From Octopus vulgaris (lineage: Eukaryota): a stretch of 64,000 nucleotides of DNA. Where the stretch lies: contig OX597837.1 in NCBI GenBank assembly GCA_951406725.2, positions 15,562,001-15,626,000 on the forward strand, read 5' to 3'. Each line of letters opens with the position of its first letter. Position 1 is the stretch's first letter. Positions 1 to 13,351 of this stretch are shown here, piece after piece. The notes under the pieces are model-generated. The model was given only the letters and a program-made list of their open reading frames with translations. It had not been told where the DNA came from and did not search any database. Both the position numbers and the translations under genes were made by a program.

Positions 1-185
1 TCCAGCTGGACGGGTTTCTTTAGTCGTCTAGAGACTTCCCTAGGAACTTACCGCTCATTAGTGTTAGTGGACGACTGAAATGGAATCTTAGACAAGAGCA
101 AAGATTATGTGTGAGTAGCCGATAGGAAGGAGGGGTGTAAACACCCTCGCTAACCTTCCAACTTCCAACTGTATGACAGGCTTCA

Positions 186-306
<121 letters not shown>

Positions 307-815
307 GAGTGAGAGAGCAGTGCATGTCATCAAAGTGACACTGGGGTAAAATATACGAAGTCTAGTATACACACCATGACTACCCGTCTTATAAGGGTAC
401 ACCGGGTACATGCATCACAACCATATGTGTGTGACATGGTGATCTTATATCAAGGAAAACAGCACATGACCTTGCAGGTGGGGCCCAGTTAGAAAGTTCT
501 TCTGGTCGAGTAACCCATCCTACTCAAAAGGTCCTTGAATAAGGTTTGTTTAAGGATGTTGAACAAAACACCTATATTTCCAAAGGTGAAATATCCAAAC
601 CCCTAAGAATTCCTCTCAACACACGGCTATGATGCTCCCCCACTACTTCTGCTTGTGATCAGAGATGCACATATCGTCAGCCACTAAGGGACATGCTCAA
701 CTGGTTAAGGTCAAACAACTGACAAGCAAATCTGTGGTATTGAGCAGAACATTTGCTGTAGTCCATCTTTTATACCAAGACAAAACAATGTACATGATAA
801 CACTTCCAATCAGTT
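307..815 (-). mobile_element. Interspersed repeat, probable non-LTR retroelement 3' region
   Basis: Abuts the ATT tract; resembles an abundant octopus repeat as recalled from memory; no coding capacity seen. Confidence 0.45.
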
Positions 816-1162
816 CAGATCAGAAGCCACGAGGTCCAATATATCATCATCATCATCATTATTATTGCACAGCACTTTGAGCAAGTTTTTTCTACTGGAC
901 TGACCAATGGCTTGTGAGTGAATCTGGAAGACGGAAACTGCGAGGATGTGTGTGTGTGTGTGTGTGCGTGTGTATTTCTTTGTGTCTGTCGCTCCAGTGT
1001 TACTTTGTTTCCGTTCCCGTAGCTTAGCGATGCAGCAAAAGAGAGTGACAGAGTAAGTACTACACTTCAAAAATAAATACTGAGTCTACTTGTCGGACTA
1101 AACCTTTAAAGGTGATGCCCCAGCATGGCCGCAGTCTAATGACTGAAACAAAAGATAAAAAG

Positions 1163-1176
1163 TACACACACACACA

Positions 1177-1240
<64 letters not shown>
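1163..1240. repeat. (CA)n microsatellite
   Basis: Direct reading. Confidence 0.9.
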
Positions 1241-1241
<1 letters not shown>

Positions 1242-2341
1242 CGTGCTCTTTTGAATCTTAAGGATTTCTCTTTTACAGAACAAGTTCAAATATGTTGTCA
1301 TTGTTTAAATTTAGGTCAGCGCTAACCTAGTAGATCAGTAATCAAAGATATTCCAACCGTGACCACCTGGTTAACCTATAAACAACTACGAACAACAGGA
1401 CTATATTCTTCCGATATCTCTCATTCCGCATTCCAGACGATAGACTGCAACTTGAGGGAGATCTGGCTACTACTTCTAGCAGGTTGAACCACAGTCTACA
1501 GAGGCTGCTTCTTTGGCTCCTACTGGAAAATATAAAAACTATTAGCGTAGGTAATTATAAATTATAATCATTAATTAAAATCATTATCAGGACGGCGAAC
1601 TGACTCAATCGTTAGTGTCGAACAAGACGCTTTGATAGTATTTTTTCTGACCCTTTACATTTTGGTTTCAAATCACACAGAGACCACACCTTTGCCTTTC
1701 TTCTCAAAGGGGTCAATAAAATAAAGTATCAGTCAAGCCCTGCGGTCGATGTAATCGACTCACGCACCACCTCCAAATTTCCTGGCCTTGTTCCCAAATT
1801 AGAAGCCATTATAGAAGTCAGCCGTCTGCTATGCGTTTTACTCATTTCCGAAGAATTCCGAACATCGAGTTTTCAGACAGCGGGAATCATGTTGTTTTTT
1901 AGGCCCCTAATCCGCTCTGATTACAGCGAAGTTCCATAATGAAAGACATGCCCATGTCGTGGAGATCCCGTCATTTTGTCAATTCGATATCTCTTTCCTT
2001 TTATTATATTCTTTTTAGGACGATAGGATGTGATTTGAGGGGATATTTGACTACTATTTCTAACAGATCGAGCAACCACGTAGAGGTTCCCCAGTTGGTT
2101 CGTAAATTAATGTATTAAATTTTAGCTGTCAGCCTCGTCCAAGACCATCATAGCCCTCCCTCGGTTGTAAATCAGAATTCAAGGGCAGGACAAATGAACG
2201 AGAGAAGAAATAGCACCGACTGGGGGTTTTTATGTTTGTTTTTGTTTATTTTTTTTATATCTTGTCTGTCTTTTGTCCGGTAGTTTAAAGTCTTACGTTC
2301 GAATCCGACTTGGACTTGTCCCGGAAATTAGACAAAAAAGA

Positions 2342-2376
2342 CAATAACAACAACAACAACAACAATGATGATGATG

Positions 2377-2440
<64 letters not shown>
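2342..2440. repeat. Compound (AAC)n(ATG)n(ATA)n microsatellite
   Basis: Direct reading. Confidence 0.9.
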
Positions 2441-2442
<2 letters not shown>

Positions 2443-3159
2443 TGTATTATTTCTGCTTTGACATTTCTCTGTAATTTTAAACAACATCGATTCAGGAAGG
2501 AAGGAAAGAAGGAAGGTAGGAAGGAAGGTGCTGAAGGGTATCGCAAGTTTGGCCGTCCCCTTTTACACACAGACACGACCTTTGCAACCGACCTTTGTGG
2601 CCGACTTCAATAAAAAACACGACGTTGTTGTTTATTAGTTGGCTTTTTTTTTTTAAACAATCGCAGTTATTCAAGTTTGGTTAAAAGTAGTAACGAGTAA
2701 ATAAATGAGGATTTATGAAAATTAATTCTAAACACAAATTTACTGCATTCCTTCAATCTGAATGACTCATCGTTCCCAGCTTAAATTCGCGACTTTTTAA
2801 AAAAAAATATTTATATAATTTATCTTCACATAGTTTTCCATAACCTCCACGAATTTATTAATTATCAACTCTAATAATTATACAAATTGTGTCACGATTT
2901 CCTTATTAATTTTAATAAGTTTAAATTCCAGTTTTTATTGTCAGATTTTTATTTCCCAGATTTTATTTCTCGTTTATTTATTATTTTTTTCTCCATTCTT
3001 TTCAGATAATTTAACTTAATTACAACAAAGGGAAAACGAGAGCAAAGGGAAGAATGTTAATAATATTTCATTTAAACGGGAACTTTTGATCGTTTAACGG
3101 AGGTTAATAAAATAAAAGTGTTCGAAAGGAGAATGACACAAAAATTATTGATCGTTTAT

Positions 3160-4120
3160 TAAAAAGAAGGAAAAAGTAGGTAAGTCGGGAGGAAAGTAAG
3201 AAAAAACATTGAAAAACCAGGAAGAGAGAGAAATAGAGAAAGAAGGGAGTGAGGGAGAAAGAGAGAAAGAAAGGGTCTGAGTGATAGTGAAGGGGAAAGA
3301 GAAAGAGAGAAAGAAAAAACGCTAAGCTGAGTGAGAGTAAGAGGATGGGAAGAATGAGAGAGTAGAAAATAGAAGGAGGAAAAAATAAGAGGAAGAGGAA
3401 GAGTGTAGAAAAAATAAGGAAGAGAAAGATAAAGGATAGATCGAGATACGAAGTGGGAGGAGAGAAAGAATAGAAGAATAAAAGGAGTGAAAAAGAAAGG
3501 GTAACAAAAATGAGATCGAGTAAGGTGGAAGGAGGAGCAATGGAGTAGGAGAGATAATCGGATAAGAAAGAGAAAGAGTAGCGAAATATAGGGAGTGAGG
3601 CAGCGGCGGTAGGAGGAATAAAGTAAGAGAAAGAAGGGGAGGAGAGAAAGAGAAGGTATTAAAAAAATGCAGACCGAGTAAAGTAGCAGGAGGAGTAAAA
3701 TAGTATGAAGAATAAGGGGGGGGGGGAGAAAGAGGCAGGAGAGCAGAATTGAGAGTGAGTAAGGGAGTAGCAGGAGACATAACCGGGTGAGAAAGAGAAA
3801 GGGTAGAAAAATTGAGAGAGTGGGACAGCGAAAGGAGTAATAGAGTAAGAGAAATAAGGGGATGAGAAAGGGGAAAGGTAGCCAAGTTGAGAGTGGGTGA
3901 AGTAGCAGGAGGCGAATAAGAGTGAGAGAAAAAGAGAAAGGGTAGGAGAATTGAGTAAAGGGGGGGTGAGAGCAAGAGAGTGAGAGGAATAAAGGGTGAG
4001 AAAAAGAAAAAAAGTAAAAAAATATAAAACTATAACAAAAAAAAAAGCCCGGCCAGACCGAGGGAAGTATAGGAGAGAAGGAGAGAGGAGGAGGAGTATA
4101 GAAGGACGAGGAAGGAGGAG
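3160..4120. repeat. About 1 kb purine-rich (A/G) low-complexity tract
   Basis: The + strand is almost entirely A/G; it explains the L/F/S-rich minus-strand ORFs 3159-4151 and 3322-3975. Confidence 0.85.
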
Positions 4121-4980
4121 GACGGTGTGTAATTGTTAGACAGGTGCTCATCCATTGAACATCGCGTAGAAAACGGAGAGCAATGGCGGTAGTTAGTTGG
4201 TAGCAGTGGAAGGTTGTTTGTTGTTGTTTTTGGTACTGTGTTAGTAGTAGTAGTGAACTGTTGTTTTTAGTAGGCCAACCAACCAGCCAACTAGCCAGTA
4301 AGTGTCACTTCTCTCTCTCTCTCTCTCTCTCTCACTCACTCTATATATTTATCCGCCATATACATAGATATATCCGCCACATACATAGATATATCTGCCA
4401 CATATATATCTACGTGTGTCTGGTGTCGCCCGATCATTTCTCGCCACGGGAGGAGGAAGAAGACGATGATGACGACGACAAAACAGCAACGATGATGACT
4501 GCTCTATCTCTGTGAGTGAGTGTGAGTGAATGGTGTGTATCTATTATAGTATTTCACATTGGTTTTTGGTGGCCGCTGCGATGATGGCGGTAGTCGCAGT
4601 CGCCATCGTCGCTTCCAACATCACACACAACAAATTCGTTCCAACTTGCTCTCATTGTTGTTATTTATTTGCCCTCCTTGCTTGCTTTCTCGCTTCCCTC
4701 TTTTGCTTCTTTTCCGCAAACCAAATTCTGCCAGCAATTCCGCAGCTGCCCCTCACCAAAGAAGTATGGATAACCACTAACACAAATACATATATTATGG
4801 AGAGAAAAAAACCAGGAGAGAAAATCGTCGACTTCTTCCCATTTTCTCTCGATTTCTTTCAAAAGAAGTCTTCCAACAATTAAAAACAAAACCCAAACAT
4901 CTCCACAATGCATCAACAATACATACATCCACACATCCAAACATATATATTCTTCCCTGGTCTATTACGACCTCATAAAA
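4120..4980 (+). promoter_or_regulatory. Probable promoter / non-coding first exon region of the zinc-finger gene
   Basis: CpG-retaining, SINE-free, 5'UTR-like sequence upstream of a CpG-depleted intron-like stretch that ends at a strong acceptor (ttttttgtag|, 12948). TSS and donor were not identified. Confidence 0.35.
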
Positions 4981-7900
4981 TTATCTAGTCACCTCTATAT
5001 TCCCATAAGATATAATTAATATATAATTGTTATATATGTAGTATGTAATATATAATTAATATATAATTGTTATGCCAATGTCTATAATAATATTTGTTAA
5101 ATGTTCTTTTGCTGTTTTTTTTTTATTATTTAACATAATTAAAAATATTTTGCTTTAATTTCTTTTGTTGAGGCTGTCTACCTACTCCCCCCCTCTGCTC
5201 CATATAATTACTGTTTCTTATAAGGAACTGCTTTGTCTGACATTGTTTCCACAAATTTAATGCTTTGCACCGTTTCTCTCCATGTTATATACATACATAT
5301 ATACATACATATATATATATATATTTATATAATATAATATATTTTGCTATGTATGTAGACATACGTGTGTGAGTGAGTGTAAATATTATTCTTGGTCTCT
5401 TTCGATGTGGGTCTGTTTTCTCGGATACAATTCTGCGGCGGTTTCAGCCTCGTCTCCTCCGCTTCTCTCTCGCATTTCTCCTCAGTTTCTGCCACGATCT
5501 GAGCGAGATCTAAGCCCAGACATCATTGTCTGGCAATAACCAAAACATTTCATGTTGTTCTTTTAGCTCCAGCTCAATCCTGATGGAGCAGACAGATGTA
5601 AACTCAAATGCATTCCAGCCATGACCATCCCATCTTCGGAGTAGAGACGAACTGCTTTTTATCTTCCACTACATTCTCCATTATGTCCTTCCTTCATTAA
5701 AAAAAAGATTTCTTTAATCTTGGGGCATTATTTGGGAGAGATCTAGCTGCTATTTCCAGCATGTGGAGTGTCTGCGTCGTGGCTCCCTCGTTGACACAGA
5801 GTGACACGCTGCTCTGCACATGTGTGTTGACATCTTTCCGTTTTGTCTGGAAACACCCTTGCTTCTCCTCTTTCGTCTTTCGTCACTTAACAGACGAGGC
5901 CCAAGCTGGAGCACCGTATCAGACAAACTCTTCGAAACCCTTTCTTTATAATCCCTGTCCACTATTTATATATTTAATTTCTGGTTGGTGTTCCAAGACG
6001 ATTCTCTTCAGATTCCACTTTTATTTCCTCCCCTTTTTCTATTTTAATCACAAACCCATCAAAATAGTTTATTTTTGAAAATTATGTAACACCGAGAACA
6101 AAATATATTAAACGAACGAGACAAATATTCTTCATGGTTTTAAAAGAAAATCGAAACGAAATCCTTGGCTAACTAGAAATAGCAGCTTAGTCTCCCTCAA
6201 ACCAAATCCCATCCACTTAGGACATTGGATAATGTAATTCTAGGTTTCTTAAAAAGATGGGATGATCCCGTTTTTAATGTATTTTTTTAATCAAAGGTTA
6301 ATTTAGGGGTTAAACAATGAGGATAAAACCCATTTAAAATTATTTCGTAAGATGTCATGTATGAAATTTTGGGGCATATTCGGAATCTCCGTCATCTAAA
6401 ATCATAGGGAAAAAATTTCAAAAAAGTTAAAAATTCTGAGGGGATGGTCGTGGAGGTGGGGTTAATTTTTCTTTTTTTTTTTCTGCATTAGTCGTAATCT
6501 CCGACATCTAAAACGTAGGAATCCGAAAATATTTTTTCAAAACAAAGCATTTTTTCAAGGAGAGATGCGAAACTGCATTAGCTCCGAAATGTTTTATTAA
6601 CAATAAAAATGTTTTAATTTTAAAATAGATTCATAATTTAATTAGAATAAGAAAAAAAAAAAAATTAAACTTACTAGATTTTATTGTATAGAAGATGATC
6701 TTTGTATATTTTTGCTTCTTAAATCATCAAAGCAAATCGTGGGGTTTTGGCGTCCTTGGTAACGTTTTTATTCTTTCTTTGACATGTCAAGATGAAATCT
6801 TTTTGTTTAGCTCTTAAATTTTATAGTAAAAAATTGCTCTTAAAAGTAAGTATAATTAAGCCTGAGTGAGATATATCACACTCTATGTTCAGTGTTTTCT
6901 TTGACTATATTTTCCTTAAATTTTCTGTTTGCCCAAACATTTTATGAAAAACCGTTTTAATAAATCTGATTAAAAAAAAAAAAACAACAAAAAAACGCCA
7001 AATCCCTGATTTTTTAAATAAAATCCCTAATTTGAAATTTGTAAATATCCTTCTAACCATTCTTCTCCATTGAGGAAGTTGTTCTTAAGACGATGTACTT
7101 TGTTTTGCTTCCGACAGCTTCTGGATATAAATTTTATGAATGGAGTAAAGGCAGTTCTGTGCCAGTTAAAAAGAAACACTCCAGCCTAGTTGTGTGTCTA
7201 CACAGCATGATGTCGGACCAAAATCTTCCATTCAAGCATTTATAATCATTGCAATATTTTTTTTTTACTAGATTTTTGACATTTTAAAAAATGTGACGTT
7301 GTTTCTTTAGCCAAAAGGATCTTTTTGCCCTTAAGGTGGATGGAATCCAAGCAACCATGTCACTCACTTTGAAACTGTTTGATAACATAATTGTAGAGAA
7401 ATAGAGATTATCTATCTTTTTACGTCCGCTTTTCCATATGGGCATGGGTTAGCATTTATAGCCGGTTATTCGTCGTGATAAGCAATAATAACTTGCCTTT
7501 TACGACACATAGGGACACACTATAACTATCCTAAAAACCGGGATACTCAGCATATTAAATATTTAACAGATATTTAATATTGCCTGAGTAATGAACTAGA
7601 ATTTTTTTTTCTTACTATTTTGAAGCGGAAAAAAATCTTGTTTTTTCTACAGTTGGAATAAGGAAATATTTGAAACTGAGTACAGACATCATTCGAGAAC
7701 AAGCTGAATGCTAATCTGTTATTTACAAATGAGGCCTAATAAGACTGGAACATGCCACCTTACTGGTCAGACTCTTACATTTTTATCAAGTTAAATCTTG
7801 AGACTGTCCCCTTTACTTTCTTGGCTAGAATTTCTCATAACAATAATGGACCGATCTAATTCACCTGTATAAATCTACGTCATTAAATTATATTGGTTTT

Positions 7901-10049
7901 GATTTTAAATTTTTCATCCTAACTCAGTCTGTGGGGATATAATTATCTCCCTTCGTATTAATGGCCATCCAGAGGGCGTTACGCATGAATCTAATTTTTT
8001 ATTAACCAAAAAGTTTTTTGGTTCACTAAAATTATTTAAGAGTTCACTCAGTTATTTGCTCTGGGGGAAAAAAAAAATCTCCATGCTCTTCACTCAGTCT
8101 CAGACTGTTTAGTTAAGAAGTTTGCTTCCCAGGCACATAGAGATGTGTGGGTGCTTTGTGTCTCCTTGAGTGTCACTCATTCTGCACAAACATGTCCCAC
8201 CTTGAGGAAATATTATTTTGCATGGAAATGGGTGAAGGTTGGCAACAGAATGGGAATCCTGTCATAGAAAATCTGTCTCATGGGTCATGTCCATCTGACC
8301 CATGCAAGCATAGAAAAGTAGATGTTTAAATAATGGTGATGAAGCTATTAAAAAATACAATTATTGGTCAGGAATGAGATAAAAGCCTCGTACAAACCCC
8401 CAGTGAAAGCGCTTACAACAGCTCTTGGGTACAAATCCTCTTTTTCTTACTATCTCTAAAACTATAGTGCAGAAATGGCTGTAAGGTGGACCCCTTGTGC
8501 AGCATCTTGAGCAGCTGTTCTCTTCTCTGGGCTCAGATTGACCGATGTCTTCTAAGTGGAAATTAGTAATTGGAAACTTCAGAACCCTGTCGTGTCTTTG
8601 TGTCTGTTGATGATGTCATCAAAGTAACTTGCCAGACTGCAATTAGTTGGTATAATTAACTAAAACCCTGATGTTAATACCACAGCATAGCTGCAACCCA
8701 ATGACTGAGGCCTGTAAAAAGAGAGATATACGTATCATCATCATCGTTAATGTCTATATTCCATGCTGGCATGGATTGGATGGTCTGACAGGAGCTGTCC
8801 AGATTCCAATTGTCTGTTGTGGCATGGTTTTTGCAGAGTGTGTTGGGTGTGTTTATGTAGCCCTGGCACAAAGTGCATTTTAGTGGCAAAGGACAGCAGT
8901 TCTACTGGAGAGGCTAAGTTGGTTAAATTCGCCTCACCGCTCAACTGGTACTTATTGACGAAAGGCAAAGTTGACCTTGCTGGAATTTGAACTCAGAACG
9001 TAGCAGCAGACAAAATACTGCTAAACATTTTGCCCGGTGTGCCAATGATTCTGCCAGCTTGCTACTTTGGTGTATATATCTATATAGGTGCATGGGTTGT
9101 TAGAAGTTTGCTTCTCAACCACATGGTTCTGGGTTCAGTCCCACTGCGTGACACCTTTGGCAAGTGGCTTCTACTATAGCCTCGGGCTAAACTAACCCTC
9201 ATGGCTGATATCCAATGGAGTGTGCTCACCTCATTTTTTTCCACCCTTCACATATGCTCCATCACAATTCATTCACAACTGTTATACAGTCTACCCTTCA
9301 TTTGGAGAGAAAATCTCTTCGTTGCCAACATAACAGCTCTCTGAACTTTTCCTATTCTGGTTGCTATGATTTTGGTGTGGCCACCTCCACTGCTAATTGG
9401 GTCACCTAGTCTAAGAGCAGCCACTTCTGTGGAGCCAAGCCTCCTGCATATTTGAAAGAATTCTTTTGCTGGTGCTGTTATTGTTAACATTTTAGCACCC
9501 CCCTCATGTGTTAATTTTCTTTCTTTCTTTTTCTCTTTCCGTTAGCTTGCTTGGGGTCACATTACACCTCTTTGTATGCCATTAGTTTAGGAACAGCATA
9601 TGGAATTCCTTCCCAATTTTTTCTTCTGTTTATTAGCCTCTTTCTAAGTGGCAGTGGAACCCTAATCCTCTTTCGGCATTAAATGTCCACTTTTGCCTGC
9701 TTGGGGCAGATTTTCTACAACCAGATGCCTTTCCTGTTGCCAACTCTCATCTCTTTCCAAATAAGGTAATATTTTCCCATAACTAGGTAATGTTTTTCAC
9801 AGAATGCTGGAAATATGCAGCTTCACTTGTACGACTTATACGGTGATAACTTACTACCATCATGTGATGTCTATACAATGACACACAGACACATTCACAA
9901 TGAGCTTTTTTCAATTTCAATCTATCAAATCCATTTACAGGGCTTTGGTTGGCTTGAAACTATAGAAGAAGATACACTTGCCCAAGGTGCTGTGCTGTGG
10001 TACTGAACCTAAGATCACATGGCTACCTCATAGTTCTTGGCTTTGCTTC

Positions 10050-10400
10050 CACTTTTAGAATTTCTGTTTTGTCTTTGATGGATTCAACATTGAGAACTAG
10101 GTCGTTGATATAGGGGAGTTTCCATAACAACTGATCGTAAATTTGTTATTGTTTGGAGAACCGTAATGAACAAGGAGAGGGACCGAGAACCCAGCCCTGG
10201 TGGACACCTTGTATGCTAAATTCATCACTGACCCGATTGTCAACTCTCACTTTGATGAGATCTCCGTACATGGATTGCACAGTTTTTACAAAGCAGGGAC
10301 CCCTATCAAAGTTCTTCTCTGGATCAACAGATGCCAAGTATAGTAGCTTACTTTAACTAAGAACTTGTAACTGTCTCACTATGAAAAGTGCAACAATAGT
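10050..10400 (-). mobile_element. Degenerate RTE-clade LINE reverse-transcriptase fragment
   Basis: ORF 10146-10337 shows remnants of the FVDLEKAFDR (ASVDPEKNFDR) and GVHQGSVLSP (GVHQGWVLGP) motifs. Confidence 0.7.
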
Positions 10401-11550
10401 GATTACACCTTCCTCTCCCAAGTCTTGTTGGTTTTGAATTGTCATCAGTGACTCTAACTTTAGTTGCTTTTCTAAGCAGGGATGTTGGCCCCTATGTAAA
10501 CCCATTTTCACCACTGGGAAGAGGTGATCCATATTAGTTTGGCCTCTGCCCTTTGATTTGTCCAGCATGGGAGACCATACCAGGAGCTTGCACCCTGCCA
10601 CTGAGGCACACAAGCCACCACAATGCAACTAGGACTACACCTTGCAGTGAAATACTGCCAAAACTGATAACTCGTTTGTTAGCCTACAGGATGCTGAGTT
10701 CATGTCATTCTGTTGGCACAGCTTGACAAGGTGAGGGCTACCACCATCATTATCATCTCTACATTGGGAGTCCGTTAAAACCCTTGAAGCCAAGTGAAAC
10801 GATAGCTGTGGATGATGCCAGTGTTGTGTCAGTGGCACCGTGTTTGAGAGAACCTTCGATGCTAAATGAAATGATGGTTGTGGCTGATGCCAGTCTCACA
10901 TAACTGGCACCCATGCCAGTGGCATGTAAAATGCGCCATTCGAACGTTAGGCCTCACGGAGGCAGTGACAAGTGACCGAGACCTTTGGCAATATACCATG
11001 CTTGCAAATTCCGCCAAGGTCAACTTTGACTTTCATCCTTTCAACGTTGATAAATTAAGTACCAGTTGTGTACTGGGGTCAATGTAATTGACTGCCTCCC
11101 CCATCCCCCCAAATTTTGGACCTTGTGCCTAGAGTAGAAAAGAATATACCATTCTTGAGAAAACCTGTCAGCCAAGTGGTAGTCATGGCCAATGCCAGTG
11201 TTTCGTATCTGGCACCTGTGCCAGTGGCACGTAAAAAGCATCCACTACACTCTTGGTGTTGTTAGCATTTGGAAGGGCATCCAACTGTAGAAACCATGCC
11301 AAAGCAGATTGGAACTTGGTGCAGCTTTCCAGTTTTCACTCAAACCATCCAACTCATGCCTGCATGGAAAACAAATAATGATGATGATATATATATATAA
11401 CCTATGATTTTGTGTTTGCTCTGCCCCTTACTGCTTGACAATCTCTTGATTTGTTTACGTTCCTGTAACTTAACAATCAGATGAAAAAAAGGACCAATAG
11501 AGCAAGTCCTCTACTCTACAAATAAGTCGGTCAGTTTACTTGACTAAAAC

Positions 11551-11839
11551 CAGGCCTGGCCAACTCGAATTACATTGTGGGCCACTTTAACCAGAGAAAG
11601 TTTTTTGAGGGCCATTTGTATACTTTATGCATAAATAATCAAATTACAGAATCAAGAATTTTTTCCTACTTTTCGTTTGTTTAAAATTATAAAATTTTAG
11701 GCAATTGCTTTATTGCCATTTATAAATCTGAAATTTATTTTGAAATTAAACACAATACTTCAAGAAAGTATCAAACGGACCGCAAGATAAGAGTCTGTGG
11801 GCTGCATGCGGCTCACGGGCCTCAGGTTTGCCAGCCCTG
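11551..11839. mobile_element. Non-autonomous hAT-like element (MITE) inserted in a SINE
   Basis: Imperfect TIRs CAGGCCTGGCCAAC / GTTTGCCAGCCCTG; flanks GACTAAAA / GACTAAAT resemble an 8-bp TSD; SINE sequence continues on both sides. Confidence 0.65.
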
Positions 11840-12690
11840 GACTAAATCCTTCAAAGCAGTGTGTGGCTATTGTCCAATGAATAAAGCAAGCAAAAGCTAT
11901 GGGGCAAATGTGTTTTATATAAGGGAACTCCCGTATTGTTAGGAGACAACTGATAGAATGGTGTGCTTATGCCACACACACACACACACACCTGTAAATA
12001 GAAACCACTTAGCCTAATTACTTGGATGTGTCTTCATTACTTATACCAGTGATGGCACTCCCCCTTTTTTTTTGTTATTTGAGTGTTGCTTATAAGCAGA
12101 CCTGCATTTTAATTTTAGGCAAGTGTCACCTATTATGTATCTTAAATTTTTCCGTTTTTGTATGTATTACCACCTCCTCCATGACACACCCCACCTCAAC
12201 AAACTGAAACTCACCATTGCCTGTGCCCCTATCCATGTTCACTATTCATTGGTTTCTCTTCTCATCTCCACCATCCGTCACTCTCCTTTCATGCATTTCA
12301 CGAACCCACTCATCCATCAAGCCATCCTTGATCCCTTTCTCTTTGCCCCTTGTCTTTCTCCATCCACCTTCTTGTATCTTGAGAGTAAGTCTCGATACCC
12401 TCTTTCTGCTCTCCTTTCTCCTTTCCCTGCTGTCGGCAACCCTGTGCCTCTTCTACAACAAGACATAATTATATTATAAATTGCTGCAGCATTAAACATC
12501 TCTGGAAAATACATATTTTGGAGGCTGACATGTTGCGTTTTTTAATATACTTTTTCAAATGTAGTAGAGATTTTTTTCTTTTTTTTAATCAAAAATTCTA
12601 TTGAATGTCTCCTGATGACCAGAAACGTGCCATTGCTTACGTGCACTTCATAGTTTCAGCATAATTTAACATCTGCTAATCTTTCGTATC

Positions 12691-12877
12691 TTAACCCTTT
12701 TGCACTTAAACTGGTCATCATCCGGTCCAAATAGTTTACTTGTTTTATGTTGGAACCAACCAGATCTGGTCATCAAAATCTCAAAGCCACAACATAAATC
12801 CATCATTTATTCAATCTAAACAATGTGAATAACTAAGCATTAGAGTCGAGAGAGTAATCTGAATGCTAAACGCTTAA
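12691..12877. mobile_element. piggyBac-like MITE remnant
   Basis: TTAACCCTTT...AAACGCTTAA ends; a related inverted copy lies at about 48965-49484. Confidence 0.45.
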
Positions 12878-13351
12878 ACATTTCGTTTCATGTTTCTTCT
12901 CTTTGATATGTCTTGTTCTTTTATATTTTTCTTTGTTTTTTTTGTAGGTTTACTATTCCGCACTGTGAAGATCTTGAAGAACTGTTATTCTCCAGATGGA
13001 TATTGGTAATTGAGCCCTTTGTTTGGTTCCCTATTGAATCCAGAGAATCTCTGCAACTAAGAAACTAAACTGCAGTGTATATATATATATATATATAGAA
13101 CAAAAGTGATTCCTTTCTGTATCGAAGTGAATATTTCTCTAGAAAGTTCTCCTTCAAATGAATGATGCAGGCCCAATACAACACTGGTCTTCATTCGTAT
13201 GGTCAGTAACGCTCGGGACCTACGTCCATTTTGCTCCAACACTATAAACCAGCACTTCTTGCTCTCTACGATATCAGTCATTGTTGCTGTTGCTGTATTA
13301 CTCTTCTTCCTATCTTTTTAATACTGCTACTACTACTACTACACTGCAACA

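Noticed and set aside
3159-4151. 330-aa and 217-aa hydrophobic minus-strand ORFs
   Set aside because: By-product of the pyrimidine-rich strand having few stop codons; no domain.
12610-12632. CTGATGA-cca-GAAACGTG hammerhead-like core
   Set aside because: No stem II, G at the cleavage position and no convincing stem I.
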